64,000 bases of DNA, taken from the NCBI GenBank assembly GCA_044892525.1, contig CM097886.1, positions 163,668,312 through 163,732,311 on the forward strand. The letters run 5' to 3'. The DNA comes from Schmidtea polychroa. Lineage: Eukaryota. The notes beneath the pieces were generated by a model. It was given only the letters and a program-made list of their open reading frames with translations, made no database searches and was not told the DNA's origin. Below are positions 13,358 through 24,125 of the stretch, piece by piece (the stretch's first letter is position 1; each line of letters begins with the position of its first letter). The translations under genes were made by a program, and so were the position numbers.

Positions 13358-13569
13358 AGTACAGTATCATACAAGGAATATTTTTAATATGATTAAAAAA
13401 TTTAAAAAAATTAAAAACTTTTATAGAACCTTTAAAAATTTAAAAATATTAGTAGGTAGTTAGTAGCCCACGGCAGCACGACCATCCGGTAACCCCCAGG
13501 GGGTTTGCTGCCATAATTTCATTTTGCTTTATGGTTATGTAACTGTTGCCGTGGGCCACACTTATTTTT

Positions 13570-13830
13570 TATGGGATTTTCAAAAGAAAAAAGGTCTTAT
13601 AGAAAAAAGCCAGAATTTCTCTGACTATAGTGAGGGGGTCTCAATGGAACCTGAAAATTTCAATAGAAAAAAGGTCCCATAGAAAAAAAGCCAGCATTAT
13701 TTTGGTTATAGTGAGGGGGTCTCGATGGAACCTGAAAATTTTAATACAAAAAGGGGTCTTCAATAAAAAAAACAAGGAATATTCTAACTATAGAGAAGGG
13801 GTTGGTCCTGGGATTTTCAATACAAAATCC
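13570..13830. repeat. About 3 copies of an ~83-bp tandem unit
   Basis: Recurrent AAAAAGGTC(T/C)...ATAGAAAAAAGCCAG...TATAGTGAGGGGGTCTC.ATGGAACCTGAAAATTT. Confidence 0.7.
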
Positions 13831-14059
13831 GATTCTCGTTAAAAAATCATGGATTTTTCCAAGTAAATTAAGGTGTGTCTCGTTGGTCCTAGGATTTTCA
13901 ATAACCAGCCAACCCTATTACAAAGGATATTGTGTTTAATAGCATTAAACAGTCTAACTGACCTAAAGGCCATAAGAAATTCTAAAGAAAGTGTATAAGA
14001 AGTCAAACCATTCATTATTGGAAAAATCGTAGTCTAAGGAAATCCAACAGCACAACCAA

Positions 14060-14422
14060 AAATAACTGTAAAAACGTTTCAACAAAGAAAACAGAAAGAG
14101 AGAGAACCAAAAAACTGGGATAAGAATTCAAATAAAAGCCAGAATAGACAATATAAAAATAACTAATATCGGGTACAAACCAATCGAACATATATGCATG
14201 AGAATGAAGAAAACGAGATGTAAATCAACGAGATTGAATGACAACCAGCAATACAGATGGAGACAATTCGAGGATGATTCAAATTACACAATATGTGCAA
14301 GATGTCAAGGAGTTGTAGTATGTAAATTAATCAGAACTAATAAGGGAAAAGATGAACTCAATAAAACGATAATATTAACAAGGCTGTTGATCAACTTTGC
14401 CAAGGAACCAAGGTTATGTTGA
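14060..14422 (+). pseudogene. Relic homolog of the second Cys-repeat domain of the giant element's ORF2
   Basis: KTGIRIQIKARIDNIKITNIGYKPIEHICMR...C...W...NYTICARCQGVVVCKLIRT aligns without gaps to ORF2 ETGVHLAIKATMEGIEIIDKGNLPTTQICFR...C...W...NMVVCAGTQAIVVCKAVKT. Confidence 0.75.
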
Positions 14423-14998
14423 ATTATCGTTGAAGTTTAAGTTCTTATTAATGCTATCAAATGCATTTCTAGAAATGTTATCAGCAATTACTGGAGTGCA
14501 ACTGGCATTCGCTCAGTGCATTCTGACATTGGAATTCTTGAGGCAGCTATTTACAATTAGAACCCCAACATATTGATGAATGTTATCTGAGTTTGTATAC
14601 CGACCACCTTGTTCTTGGATGTTGAATAAGTTTTTCTGAAAGGTAATATGATCGTTGATCTCAGAAGTAAACATCTTCTTGTCAGTGGTGTTTCACTTTG
14701 ATCGTGAAATTCTTCTGGTATAAAACCACAAATGTCTGTACATCATAATAAATGGGATGTTTCTACCACACATGCTCATAAGAAAGCAGATCCATGACAA
14801 TTGTCTGATCCACGGAAATTAGTTGATCCTCAGGAATTGGTTGATCCTTGACATATTCTGTATGTGTTATTGCCAGGATCATCTTCTTCATTTTCATCTA
14901 CATTGCTCAGGTTACTGACATCAAATTCCGTGACAATGTCTACATCATTCGCATATAGATTCTCCAAGGATCATGTTTTTGCTTTTCTTGGAAACATT
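14420..14998 (-). pseudogene. piggyBac (PGBD3-like) transposase N-terminal remnant
   Basis: Manual minus-strand translation includes FTSEINDHITFQKNLF...IHQYVGVLIV...VRMH*...PVIADNISRNAFDSINKNLNFNDN, matching the piggyBac YW...MSRNRF..I...LHFND region. Confidence 0.65.
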
Positions 14999-15939
14999 TT
15001 AAAATGAAAAAATGCAGTATATAATATATATACTATATATCATCATTACTGATATCTAATGACATATAATGCATACCCTACAGAAAAAAATATAAAAACC
15101 AGTTGCAGGTAAAATCTGGGATTTACTACTGCAAGTGCCCAATATTCCTCTAAAAAACCGATATATTTTTATAATGTTCAAAAGAAATAAACATGTGGAT
15201 ATTGTTTGATGTAGTTCCAAATGACAAATGATGTAACATACTCAATGATAAAAAATATTCTGCTAGTCAGATTGTCACCAAATATTAATAGCATAATGCA
15301 GCAGAAATATAACCTGTTCACTTTTTAAAAATCCGTAATTTCAACGGCAAATAATTGAAAGTTGATAAATGAATGTTTAGATTGTTGATAAATTACTAAC
15401 TTTTAATTCATATAAATTCTATTATCAAATTCACCGTATTATTTTCACAATTTATTTTTAATGTTGGGTTACATAAAAGCAAAAGAATGATGAATGACAA
15501 TATTGAATCATATTATTCCCGAAACATTAATTGAAAACTCATGATTGGGACGATTGCTACTGTGCAGATCGGGTCGTGGTCCTCCTTCCTTTGGTCGTGT
15601 CAGTTTGTGTATGTTATGCGAAAACTGTAAAAGATGATAAAATGTAGTAAATTTAATTCATTATTCTCACTTAAACAAATAAATAAAGAAACGTTATTGA
15701 ATTCCTGCAAATCGTTTGTAATAGACATTGTGCTTCCTCACCAACAGAATAACTCCACAAAAACAGAAAAATTAAAAGACAAAATAAAACGAACGCAACG
15801 CAGAATTGAAATATTTCTGTTAATTAAATATTTATTTGCAAATTTAATTTTTCCGCATTTAATAAAATAAGGAAATTGAATGAGATTTTCATATATAAGA
15901 TGAAATATTTCCAAATTCTTTCATTCGTATTTAACAATT

Positions 15940-17859
15940 ATGCAGAACATGAAAGGAAATCAACTGAACAATAAAACAACAAAAAGAACTGGTAATCCCA
16001 ACAATGGACCCCAACAAAACCAGAGTCAGACACAGCTCAATCTCAACTCCACAATGCAGAAAGCAAATAAAATTATTTACACAAGAGATGAAATCATGAG
16101 TTTCATCAAGTTCAATGATATCCCTAGATCGTTGACATTGAGAATAGAAAACGCATCAAGTTTCATCGTATCCCAACCGATCGAGTTGTCATTAGTGCTG
16201 ATTGATCAAAAAGTGCCGAATTTATCAACAAATGAAAAGGAGAGCAACATAAAATGGCAATTGGGATCAAGAATTGAGAAGATTAAACATCATGAAGACG
16301 GTTATTTACCTCCTCAGTTGAGGAAAAATGATTGTGAAGATGATTTATCAGCGATGGAGAAAAACATTAACAATATCCTCAATAAATTGAGCCCAGATAA
16401 TTTCAAAGAAACCATTCGGGAAATCAGGAAGTTGAATATTACAAATATTTCTCAATTGCAATTATTAGTCAATCAAATTTTCAACAAAGCCATCGAAGTG
16501 AAATGCTTTAGTAAACTTTATTCACAAATATCATGCCAACTGACAGATTTGGGATTTGGACAGTCGACATTCAAATCATTGATGTTAGACAAGTGCAAAT
16601 CAATGTTCACCAAGGATTTCAAAACTCAGGCTGCCGAACAAAAGCAATATTGGGATGAGAAAATCAAGAAAGAAACGAATGAAAGAATGAAAATCATTTA
16701 TCAAGAAAATGTAGAGGAGAAATTATTGCAAGTGAAAGACAAATATCTAGGAAACATAACATTTATTTCTGAATTATATTTACAACATTTTATTCAAGTG
16801 AAAGTGATTTGGTGTTGCATCACGGATTTAATGAGGAAGAGAACTGATGAAATCTCAGTTGAAGCTCTCTGTATAATGCTAGAAATCACTGGCAAGCTCT
16901 TGCAGTCAAACATTTCTTCTCAATTAGATCTGCTCATTGATCAAATTGAACATCATTTATCCACATCAAAAGATCTCAATACAAAGACGAAATTCAGATT
17001 GAAGGATGTAGTTGAAATGAGAAATAGAAATTGGGAAATGAGACCGAATCAACAGTTGAAACATGGAGCTTCAAAAACATTGAAAGAGCTTGAAGGGAAA
17101 AATCAAACTGATGAAGTTCTGTCAAAATCGAAACCATCAGCTGCAGTAGTCAACCATTTCACCAGAAATGTAACTAACAACCCCTCTAAATTTTCAGTCC
17201 CATCTAAACCAATCACAAACCATTATCAAGCGCCAGTAAAAAATAATGAGATACAACAGCAACCCTTGATATCTGCCACCATCAGTGGAATGAACAATGA
17301 TAATGAAACAGAAAAGAAACTATTTGACGATATCATGATAAACTCGGCAACGGTCGACCAATGGAAATTGATCAGGAAACCGGAAGAAGTCCTTGAGAAA
17401 TGGCTTGATAGAATGTTGGAAAAGAATTCGGATTGCAGAATGAAAATGGGAGATTATTTGAGTAAATTAGTTGAATGTGGAATTGTCGAGAGAAAGCTGT
17501 TCATTGAGCAATTCCATTATTTGATTGAAGCTGCTGATGATTTGATTGCAGATATACCAAGATTGTGGGATTTCCTATGTGAATTCCTCGAACGGTTTAT
17601 CAATTATAATGACAGTTTGAATGGCGAGCTATTCAATGAATTGTTCACACCCGTCAAATCGGATCCAAACGCAGTGAAATGTCTATCAAGGCTCCAATTG
17701 AAATCGAGTCACAATGAAAAAACTGTGAGCATTGCTGAGGATGGGACCGGATCAGAGTTCATCAACGTCCAATCAAAGAAAACCAAGAAAATTCCACAAA
17801 CTCAACAGAAAAAGTTAATTGGTAAAACATTCAACAGATTCGAAAAATTGGCTTTCTAA
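15940..17859 (+). CDS. eIF4G: Compact eIF4G-like translation factor, 639 aa, single ORF
   Basis: YTRDEIM resembles the 4E-binding YxxxxL-phi motif. MIF4G domain: NNILNKLSPDNF, IFNKA, YLGNITFISELY, EALCIMLEITGK, KFRLKDVVEMR. MA3-like region: DDLIADIPRLWDFLCEFL. No W2 domain visible. Confidence 0.85.
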   Translation: MQNMKGNQLNNKTTKRTGNPNNGPQQNQSQTQLNLNSTMQKANKIIYTRDEIMSFIKFNDIPRSLTLRIENASSFIVSQPIELSLVLIDQKVPNLSTNEKESNIKWQLGSRIEKIKHHEDGYLPPQLRKNDCEDDLSAMEKNINNILNKLSPDNFKETIREIRKLNITNISQLQLLVNQIFNKAIEVKCFSKLYSQISCQLTDLGFGQSTFKSLMLDKCKSMFTKDFKTQAAEQKQYWDEKIKKETNERMKIIYQENVEEKLLQVKDKYLGNITFISELYLQHFIQVKVIWCCITDLMRKRTDEISVEALCIMLEITGKLLQSNISSQLDLLIDQIEHHLSTSKDLNTKTKFRLKDVVEMRNRNWEMRPNQQLKHGASKTLKELEGKNQTDEVLSKSKPSAAVVNHFTRNVTNNPSKFSVPSKPITNHYQAPVKNNEIQQQPLISATISGMNNDNETEKKLFDDIMINSATVDQWKLIRKPEEVLEKWLDRMLEKNSDCRMKMGDYLSKLVECGIVERKLFIEQFHYLIEAADDLIADIPRLWDFLCEFLERFINYNDSLNGELFNELFTPVKSDPNAVKCLSRLQLKSSHNEKTVSIAEDGTGSEFINVQSKKTKKIPQTQQKKLIGKTFNRFEKLAF

Positions 17860-18140
17860 TAGGGAATTGAATGAAATATCCAGCAATGATTACCCAACCC
17901 TTTGAGGATTTGTGAATGTTAATTCTTCCCTAGAATATTGAATGACCTTCAGATGTTATTTGTTTGAATCTTATGATTAAAATATATTTTTGAAGATATT
18001 CATTTTTTGTTGATCTATAATATATTGGGAATACATCTTTATTTCCGCAGAATTGTTGTCATTTTCATCTAATTGGGCGTCTGAATAAAATATGTATTTA
18101 TGCAATTAACAATGATGATATAATCGTTTGGATAATATAA

Positions 18141-18987
18141 AGGGCCGTCCATAAAGTACGTCACGCTCCAGGGGGTGTAAAACAATGTGAAGGTTTGTGA
18201 CATGGGGAGGAGGGGAGTTCGGGCCATTATGTGGCGTCACAAATTTATTTTTTTAAATTTTATTTCTAATTATTTTTATTTTTTTAGTAGAATTTTAAAG
18301 CTTTAAAAATAATTTTCAAAACTTTTGTGAAACATTTGAATTAGTTTTATGTCAAAATAGCATGAAATGCATATCTAATAAATGTGTTGTTCACGATTCC
18401 TTTCGCTAGGAGTGCTTGTATGCTGTGGAAGTATTATTATTTCTATACTGTCCGCTGAATAATAATATCACTGAGCGAAAAATTCGCAATTATAATTTTA
18501 CATATTATAGGGACACACATCACTATCGGAGAGATTAGAAATAGTATCCTAGGGTTTAGAGGGTTAGCTAAATGGTTGTTTATTTCAGGTCGGCCGGATT
18601 TTTATGAATAAATAAAAAAACAATTTTATGACCAATCACCTGTTTAAGTCATCGAGGTGGTTAGTAAAATTTATGAAATATTATAATTCAAAAATAATAG
18701 TTTTGTTTTGTTTGGTCTGTATTTATATTCATTTTGAATTCAGAATTTGTTAAACATAGAAATTTTAATTTTTAATTTTAATATAAATTATTTAAAACGA
18801 GGGTTAAAATTTAAAAAATTTAATTTATTTTTGATTAAATTTTAATTCGGTGTTAATTAAAAAAGTTTTTCTTCGAAAGAGTGACGTACTTTAGGGGAGG
18901 CAGCGAGATTTGTGACAGTTGGTGACATGGGGAAGGAGGTGGTTCAAAATGGTCAAAATTAGTGTGACGTACATTATGGACGACCTC
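18141..18987. mobile_element. Non-autonomous PIF/Harbinger-like MITE
   Basis: Terminal inverted repeats (TIRs) AGGGCCGTCCATAAAGTACGTCAC and GTGACGTACATTATGGACGACCTC, with TAA on both flanks (18138-18140, 18988-18990); internal subterminal duplication. Confidence 0.75.
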
Positions 18988-19122
18988 TAAATCCAATAAA
19001 AATAAAAACCAAAACAACCAATCAAAAATCTCTAAAATACTCGAGATTAGAACATGAATTTTAATATCAAAAAAACAAAGATTATTATAAAAATGTTCTA
19101 CTCAAACATTCATTTTACTATT

Positions 19123-19415
19123 TGTTAGACGCAATTAAATTCAAGTCTTCTTCAATCATTTATTTTTATAACAACTTCAAAATCGTGCCGTTTACTAGAG
19201 TATTTAAACACCGAGGCGTGATAATTATTAATATTAATGTAATTACTGGTCATACATTTAATTGATTTAATTTAATATAATTTAATATAATATGATATAA
19301 TTTAATATAGAATTTAAATATAAAAATTTAACAGAAATAATTATTTCTACTAACTGATCTCACTTCTACCATTTAACCATAAAAATCTTATATAGAGATT
19401 TACTAACTCCTTACA
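19123..19415 (-). repeat. 3' LTR of the gypsy element; PPT (minus-strand AAAGAAGGGGGA) at 19416-19427
   Basis: 293-bp repeat of 23833-24125 with an adjacent purine tract. Confidence 0.95.
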
Positions 19416-20915
19416 TCCCCCTTCTTTAAAATGCTTTAACTTTTCTATATTCCTCGTTATTTTCCTCCCGTTTTCGTCTGTTAATAAGTAACTTCTTTCA
19501 TGATTTTGTTTTATTACTGTGTATGGTCCTTCATATCTCTTGTGATCTTTGTTCCTAATTTCTTGTTTCACCAATACTTTGTCCCCCACTTCTAAGTTCC
19601 TAGTTGTGCCAATTTCTTTCGCTTGCTGTCTTTTAGCCTCTAATTTCCGCATGATTTCATTTCTGTCCACTTCATTATTACTATGCCATTGCGATCTATT
19701 AATCTTTCTCCCAAATATAATTTCTGCTGGACTCACTCCAGTAGTTTTTTGAGCTATCGCATTTAAAATGTATTCTATATCAGGTATTAATTCTGCCCAG
19801 CTTTTTTTAACTCCTTCTCTGAGTGACGCGTTAATATAGTCTCTTATAGTACGAAATTGTCTTTCAATTACACCATTAGTATTATGATGATACGGATTCG
19901 AAAATATCAACTCAATTCCTGCTGCCTTTGCTAGTTCTTTAATACTATTTGCTTCGAAATTCTTTCCACAATCAACATGTAGTTCCTTAGGGGCTCCAAA
20001 TTTCAATATCAAATTATTTGACAAAACTGCCTTTATTGTATTTTCATCTTGCTTTCTAATAGGAGTTAGAGATATGTATTTACTGTAATGATCGATTATT
20101 GCACAAATATATTTTTCTCCTCTGAAGGTTTCTCTTAATGGACCGCAAATATCCATGTGTATTTTCTCCATAGGTTCTGAAGCTTGAATTACTTGGGTTT
20201 TTTCTTTTGACTTTGTAGTTAAAACTTTGTTTTTCTGGCATGTTTCACATATTGAAATAGTCTCTTTTACTTCATTTAGCAAATCTTCCATATCAAAATT
20301 GTTCCTAATATATTTCATAACTTTTTTTACTCCTGCGTGGCATAATAATAAATGTGTTTCCTTAATCATTTCTCGTCTTTTTGTTTCTGGTATCCATATT
20401 TTGTTTTGATTGGTATAGATAATATTTCCTTTTAATATATATTTATTATTTTTCCTTTCATCTATTTGATCTTTTATATCTTGTATTTCTGCATTATCTC
20501 TTTGCCATTCATTTCCATTATTTTCTGTCATCAATGTTAACAATCTAGTTTTTAATCGCCCTGATTTGGGGTTATCATGGTCCATCAAACACTGTACACA
20601 TTTGCCGCATGTATTTCTAGACACCATATCTGCATTCGTATGCGCCGTACCTTTTCTGAACTCCATTTTTATGTCTAAACTGCTCAAGTAATTTATCCAC
20701 GTTTGGAACTGTGCTGTTATAGGTTTCTTTGTCGTTAACATAAAAGTTATTGCTTTATGATCAGTGCGCAAAACAAACCGTTTACTATATAAATAATGGT
20801 TGAAATGGCGACAGAAATAATATATACCCAAAAGCTCTTTTCGTGTTATACAATATCCTCTTTCATGGCTACTCATTGCATGGGATCCATATGCAATAAC
20901 GTGTTCATGACCCAT
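19350..20915 (-). CDS. pol: pol C-terminal ORF: RNase H plus integrase
   Basis: RNase H (YCITRKELLGI, RTDHKAI), HHCC zinc finger (H...CHAG...CETC) and DDE core (HMDICGP, HVDCG, NGVIER). Confidence 0.93.
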   Translation of the reverse strand: MGHEHVIAYGSHAMSSHERGYCITRKELLGIYYFCRHFNHYLYSKRFVLRTDHKAITFMLTTKKPITAQFQTWINYLSSLDIKMEFRKGTAHTNADMVSRNTCGKCVQCLMDHDNPKSGRLKTRLLTLMTENNGNEWQRDNAEIQDIKDQIDERKNNKYILKGNIIYTNQNKIWIPETKRREMIKETHLLLCHAGVKKVMKYIRNNFDMEDLLNEVKETISICETCQKNKVLTTKSKEKTQVIQASEPMEKIHMDICGPLRETFRGEKYICAIIDHYSKYISLTPIRKQDENTIKAVLSNNLILKFGAPKELHVDCGKNFEANSIKELAKAAGIELIFSNPYHHNTNGVIERQFRTIRDYINASLREGVKKSWAELIPDIEYILNAIAQKTTGVSPAEIIFGRKINRSQWHSNNEVDRNEIMRKLEAKRQQAKEIGTTRNLEVGDKVLVKQEIRNKDHKRYEGPYTVIKQNHERSYLLTDENGRKITRNIEKLKHFKEGGCKELVNLYIRFLWLNGRSEIS

Positions 20916-21030
20916 TTCATCTCTTTGTGATAATACAGCTCCAATTGTATCAAAGCTTGCGTCTGTATCTAATATGAATTCTTCTTGAAATCTGGAAATA
21001 CGAGAATTGGCGCTGTAGTCAACGCCATTT

Positions 21031-21930
21031 TCATTTCTTCGAAAGCTTTCTCACATTCCAGATTAATTTTTCACTATTGCTTCCACATATGCTTTCTAGC
21101 GCTCTTGATTTTTTTGCATATTCCTTAATAAATCTCCGATAATAGTTACATATACCTAAAAAGCTTCTCAAATTCTTTATACACTTAGGCCTCTGAAATG
21201 ATTTAATAGCCTCAATTTTACTTTGATCTGTCCGAATCCCCTGACTGTTAATAATGTGCCCTAAAAACTTTACTTCGCTCTTTAATAACTGACATTTTTC
21301 TGGGTTGATTCTCAATTTAGCTTCCCGTATTTTCTCTAGAACTTTTTCAAACACATTGTAATGTTCTTCAATTGTTCTTGTAAAAATTAAAATATCGTCT
21401 AAATACACCATAACTCCTTCTTTCCATATATCTTTCAATATTTTTGTCAATAATTCTTGGAATGTACCCGGTGCCGCCGCAATGCCAAAAGGCATTCTAT
21501 TAAAACAAAATTGCCCTTCTTTAGTAGAAAATGCTGTCTTTTCTTGCGATTCTATGTCCAATTTCACTTGATAATAAGCGTTCCCAAGGTCTATAGAACT
21601 AAAGTACTTAGATCCATGTAATGTATCTAGAATTTCTTCTACATTCGGCATAGGAAAAGCTTGTCTTTCAGTAATCTTATTAAGCTGTCTAAAATCTAAA
21701 CAAAGTCTGATATTTTTTTTGTCTTTTTTCCACACGCATACTAACGGCGTATTCCAAGGTGAATTACATCTTCTTATGATATCATTATTTTCTAAATTTT
21801 TTATAACAGCATTTATTTTCTCCTCTAAATTGATGGGTTGCCTTCTGGGTTTTATCATAATTGGCCCTTCTTTTGTGATGATTTTATGTGCAATTAAATC
21901 AGTACATCCGATATCCCAGTTATTAGCCAT
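21031..21930 (-). CDS. pol: Reverse transcriptase fragment, frameshifted from both the protease and RNase H ORFs
   Basis: RLCLDFRQLN, DLGNAYYQV, RMPFGI, YLDDILI, FLGHII. Confidence 0.95.
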   Translation of the reverse strand: MANNWDIGCTDLIAHKIITKEGPIMIKPRRQPINLEEKINAVIKNLENNDIIRRCNSPWNTPLVCVWKKDKKNIRLCLDFRQLNKITERQAFPMPNVEEILDTLHGSKYFSSIDLGNAYYQVKLDIESQEKTAFSTKEGQFCFNRMPFGIAAAPGTFQELLTKILKDIWKEGVMVYLDDILIFTRTIEEHYNVFEKVLEKIREAKLRINPEKCQLLKSEVKFLGHIINSQGIRTDQSKIEAIKSFQRPKCIKNLRSFLGICNYYRRFIKEYAKKSRALESICGSNSEKLIWNVRKLSKK

Positions 21931-22421
21931 AAAACACTTTTATTGTTTTTAACAATCTCTAACAGTCTTTTATTTTCGTTTAATCTTAGAATTTCTATTG
22001 CTTTTTGACATCTCTCGTTATCTGTAATCTTTTCCCCAAATCTAGCTTCTATTTCACACACAAATTCATTATATCCTTCTTCATTCTGCTTGATGTAGTT
22101 TAATTCAATTCCAAACTCTTTCTGCAATTCCACTCCGCCTATTATATCTGGAACAATATTTTTAACTATTATTAATGTTATTTTTCTTTCCATATTACCA
22201 ATTCTAACATCAATATATATTTTTCCGATTGTCTCTAATTTACTATCATTTGCACATCTTAACATCTCATCTGTTTTTATGATTTTCACATTCACTAATT
22301 TGTCCACAACTGCTTCTGCCATTACATTTACTCTTGCTCCTGTATCTAGTAAGCATTCCATTCTATAGCCCTGAATTTCAAGAGTTGTACTCGGTCTACC
22401 TTGCATTTTGTCATAACTCAA
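21894..22421 (-). CDS. pol: Aspartic protease fragment of pol
   Basis: CLLDTGARVNVM active-site motif and IIGG. The frame stays open upstream to about 22630. Confidence 0.9.
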   Translation of the reverse strand: MSYDKMQGRPSTTLEIQGYRMECLLDTGARVNVMAEAVVDKLVNVKIIKTDEMLRCANDSKLETIGKIYIDVRIGNMERKITLIIVKNIVPDIIGGVELQKEFGIELNYIKQNEEGYNEFVCEIEARFGEKITDNERCQKAIEILRLNENKRLLEIVKNNKSVLWLITGISDVLI

Positions 22422-22792
22422 TTTCGGTCGTTTCCATTCATCTTTAGTGAAAATATTTTGCTCCTCTGATATTTCATTAATCCACCCAATTTCCTTTCTC
22501 TCTAATTTATCTTCTGCCTTTTTAATAAATTTATAAACTTTTTCATTTACTATTTTATTATTATATTCTGCTTCTTTAATTTCATTATACTCTTCTTGAT
22601 TCTTAGCATTATTATTATTATTTATTAAAGATCGATCAGCATTAAAATAACTATAACATTTAAAATTATTTAATGGAAACTTTTTAAAATTACAAATTTT
22701 ATTACATAAAGGTTCTACATTATTATATATATAAGGATTATTTACACTATTAAAATTATTATGACCAATATTTACATCAATATCAAAATTAC

Positions 22793-23869
22793 CTAGTATA
22801 TTGCTCCGATCATTGCCTCCCGTGTCGAAGCATGTACTTTTGGGTGCTGAATATCCTCATATTTGTCTTCTGTATCATCTGAATATTCAAGTGGCATCGT
22901 CTCATCATTAGCTTCAATTGCTGCAATTGTTCTTCCTGGATTGTGGATCTTTTGTTGATAGCTTGTGGTTCGATGGGCATAATAATTATTGTTTCTCATG
23001 TTTGAATTAGTTTGAAACTTCCTTCTTTCCAAATTTGTATAGCAGTCAATCTCCTTGTGTCCACGTAAGTGACATCTCTGGCATTGAATCGTTGAACATT
23101 CTCGCCGTACGTGACATTCAACTCCGCATGCAAAACACGTCATTTTCTTTTTCATTTGGCATTCTCGACTAACATGACCAGTTTTCTTGCATGTCCAGCC
23201 TTCCAATTGTCGGTTACTGACGTTTCGCTGCTTGAAATTATTATTTCCGTTTACCATTTCTCTTTGAGCAACATCTCTGTAGCTTCTGTAGTTTTGAACA
23301 ACCGGTGAAGTCTTCACAACATTAATATGGCCCATAATTTTGTTTACCTTTTCTAATTTCTTTATTGTCGCTTTTATTTCTTCTGAAGTTTTCAAATCTT
23401 TCATCTCGATCTCTTTTTTAACTTCTCGATCTCTTACACAGGTTATAAGCAGGCATTTTTCTATTTCTTCTTCATTCCATTTGTGCGCTATTAATTTCTT
23501 TGTCATCTTTTTAATTTTCTCTATAAAAGTTTCGGCTGAATCTGATCCTTGTTCATAAATCAAAGCTTCTTTTAGATCATCCATTAATGATGTCGGTTTC
23601 GAAAATGCATATCGAAGTTTCTCTTCCATAGTTTTTCCTTCGGCTGCTTCATAATCTTCCATTAGCGATCTGTCAAGTAATGTTGTAGTTAATATTACTT
23701 GCATCCTAATTGTTGTTTTTGTCGCGACAAAAAACCTTTGACAATCCTTGATAAAATTTTCTAAATCATCGCCTTTGTGACATTTCTCAGGTAATAGTCT
23801 GCTTATCAATAAATCCGTGGTCGTGGTCGCCATGTTAGACGCAATTAAATTCAAGTCTTCTTCAATCAT
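22793..23869 (-). CDS. gag: Gag with three CCHC knuckles (two degenerate); probable start is the Met at 23833
   Basis: GWTCKKTGHVSREC, CFACGVECHVRREC, CQRCHLRGHKEIDC. Confidence 0.88.
   Translation of the reverse strand: MIEEDLNLIASNMATTTTDLLISRLLPEKCHKGDDLENFIKDCQRFFVATKTTIRMQVILTTTLLDRSLMEDYEAAEGKTMEEKLRYAFSKPTSLMDDLKEALIYEQGSDSAETFIEKIKKMTKKLIAHKWNEEEIEKCLLITCVRDREVKKEIEMKDLKTSEEIKATIKKLEKVNKIMGHINVVKTSPVVQNYRSYRDVAQREMVNGNNNFKQRNVSNRQLEGWTCKKTGHVSRECQMKKKMTCFACGVECHVRRECSTIQCQRCHLRGHKEIDCYTNLERRKFQTNSNMRNNNYYAHRTTSYQQKIHNPGRTIAAIEANDETMPLEYSDDTEDKYEDIQHPKVHASTREAMIGAIY
23822..23832 (-). promoter_or_regulatory. Primer-binding site, probably tRNA-Arg(UCG)
   Basis: TGGCGACCACG directly abuts the 5' LTR end; complementary to tRNA-Arg 3' ends of the ...CGTGGTCGCCA type. 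tRNA identity is from memory. Confidence 0.65.
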
Positions 23870-24125
23870 TTATTTTTATAACAACTTCAAAATTGTGCCG
23901 TTTACTAGAGTATTTAAACACCGAGGCGTGATAATTATTAATATTAATGTAATTACTGGTCATAAATTTAATTGATTTAATTTAATATAATTTAATATAA
24001 TATGATATAATTTAATATAGAATTTAAATATAAAAATTTAACAGAAATAATTATTTCTACTAACTGATCTCACTTCTACCATTTAACCATAAAAATCTTA
24101 TATAGAGATTTACTAACTCCTTACA
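23833..24125 (-). repeat. 5' LTR of the gypsy element
   Basis: Minus strand reads TGTAAGGAG...GCGTCTAACA. Confidence 0.95.

Larger units (their letters stand above)
19123..24125 (-). mobile_element. Near-complete Ty3/gypsy LTR retrotransposon (5.0 kb, 293-bp LTRs)
   Basis: Direct repeats 19123-19415 and 23833-24125 with TG...CA ends and 2 mismatches seen. Flanks CTATT/CTATA; PPT and PBS present; order gag-PR-RT-RH-INT. Confidence 0.96.

Noticed and set aside
13466-13556. 91-bp inverted repeat GCCCACGGCAGCA...TGTTGCCGTGGGC as an ncRNA or MITE
   Set aside because: The hairpin is real, but there is no TSD, second copy or RNA-family motif in the window to classify it.
15545-15630. GC-rich patch upstream of eIF4G as an snRNA or spliced-leader gene
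   Set aside because: No Sm site, box motifs or recognisable leader sequence.
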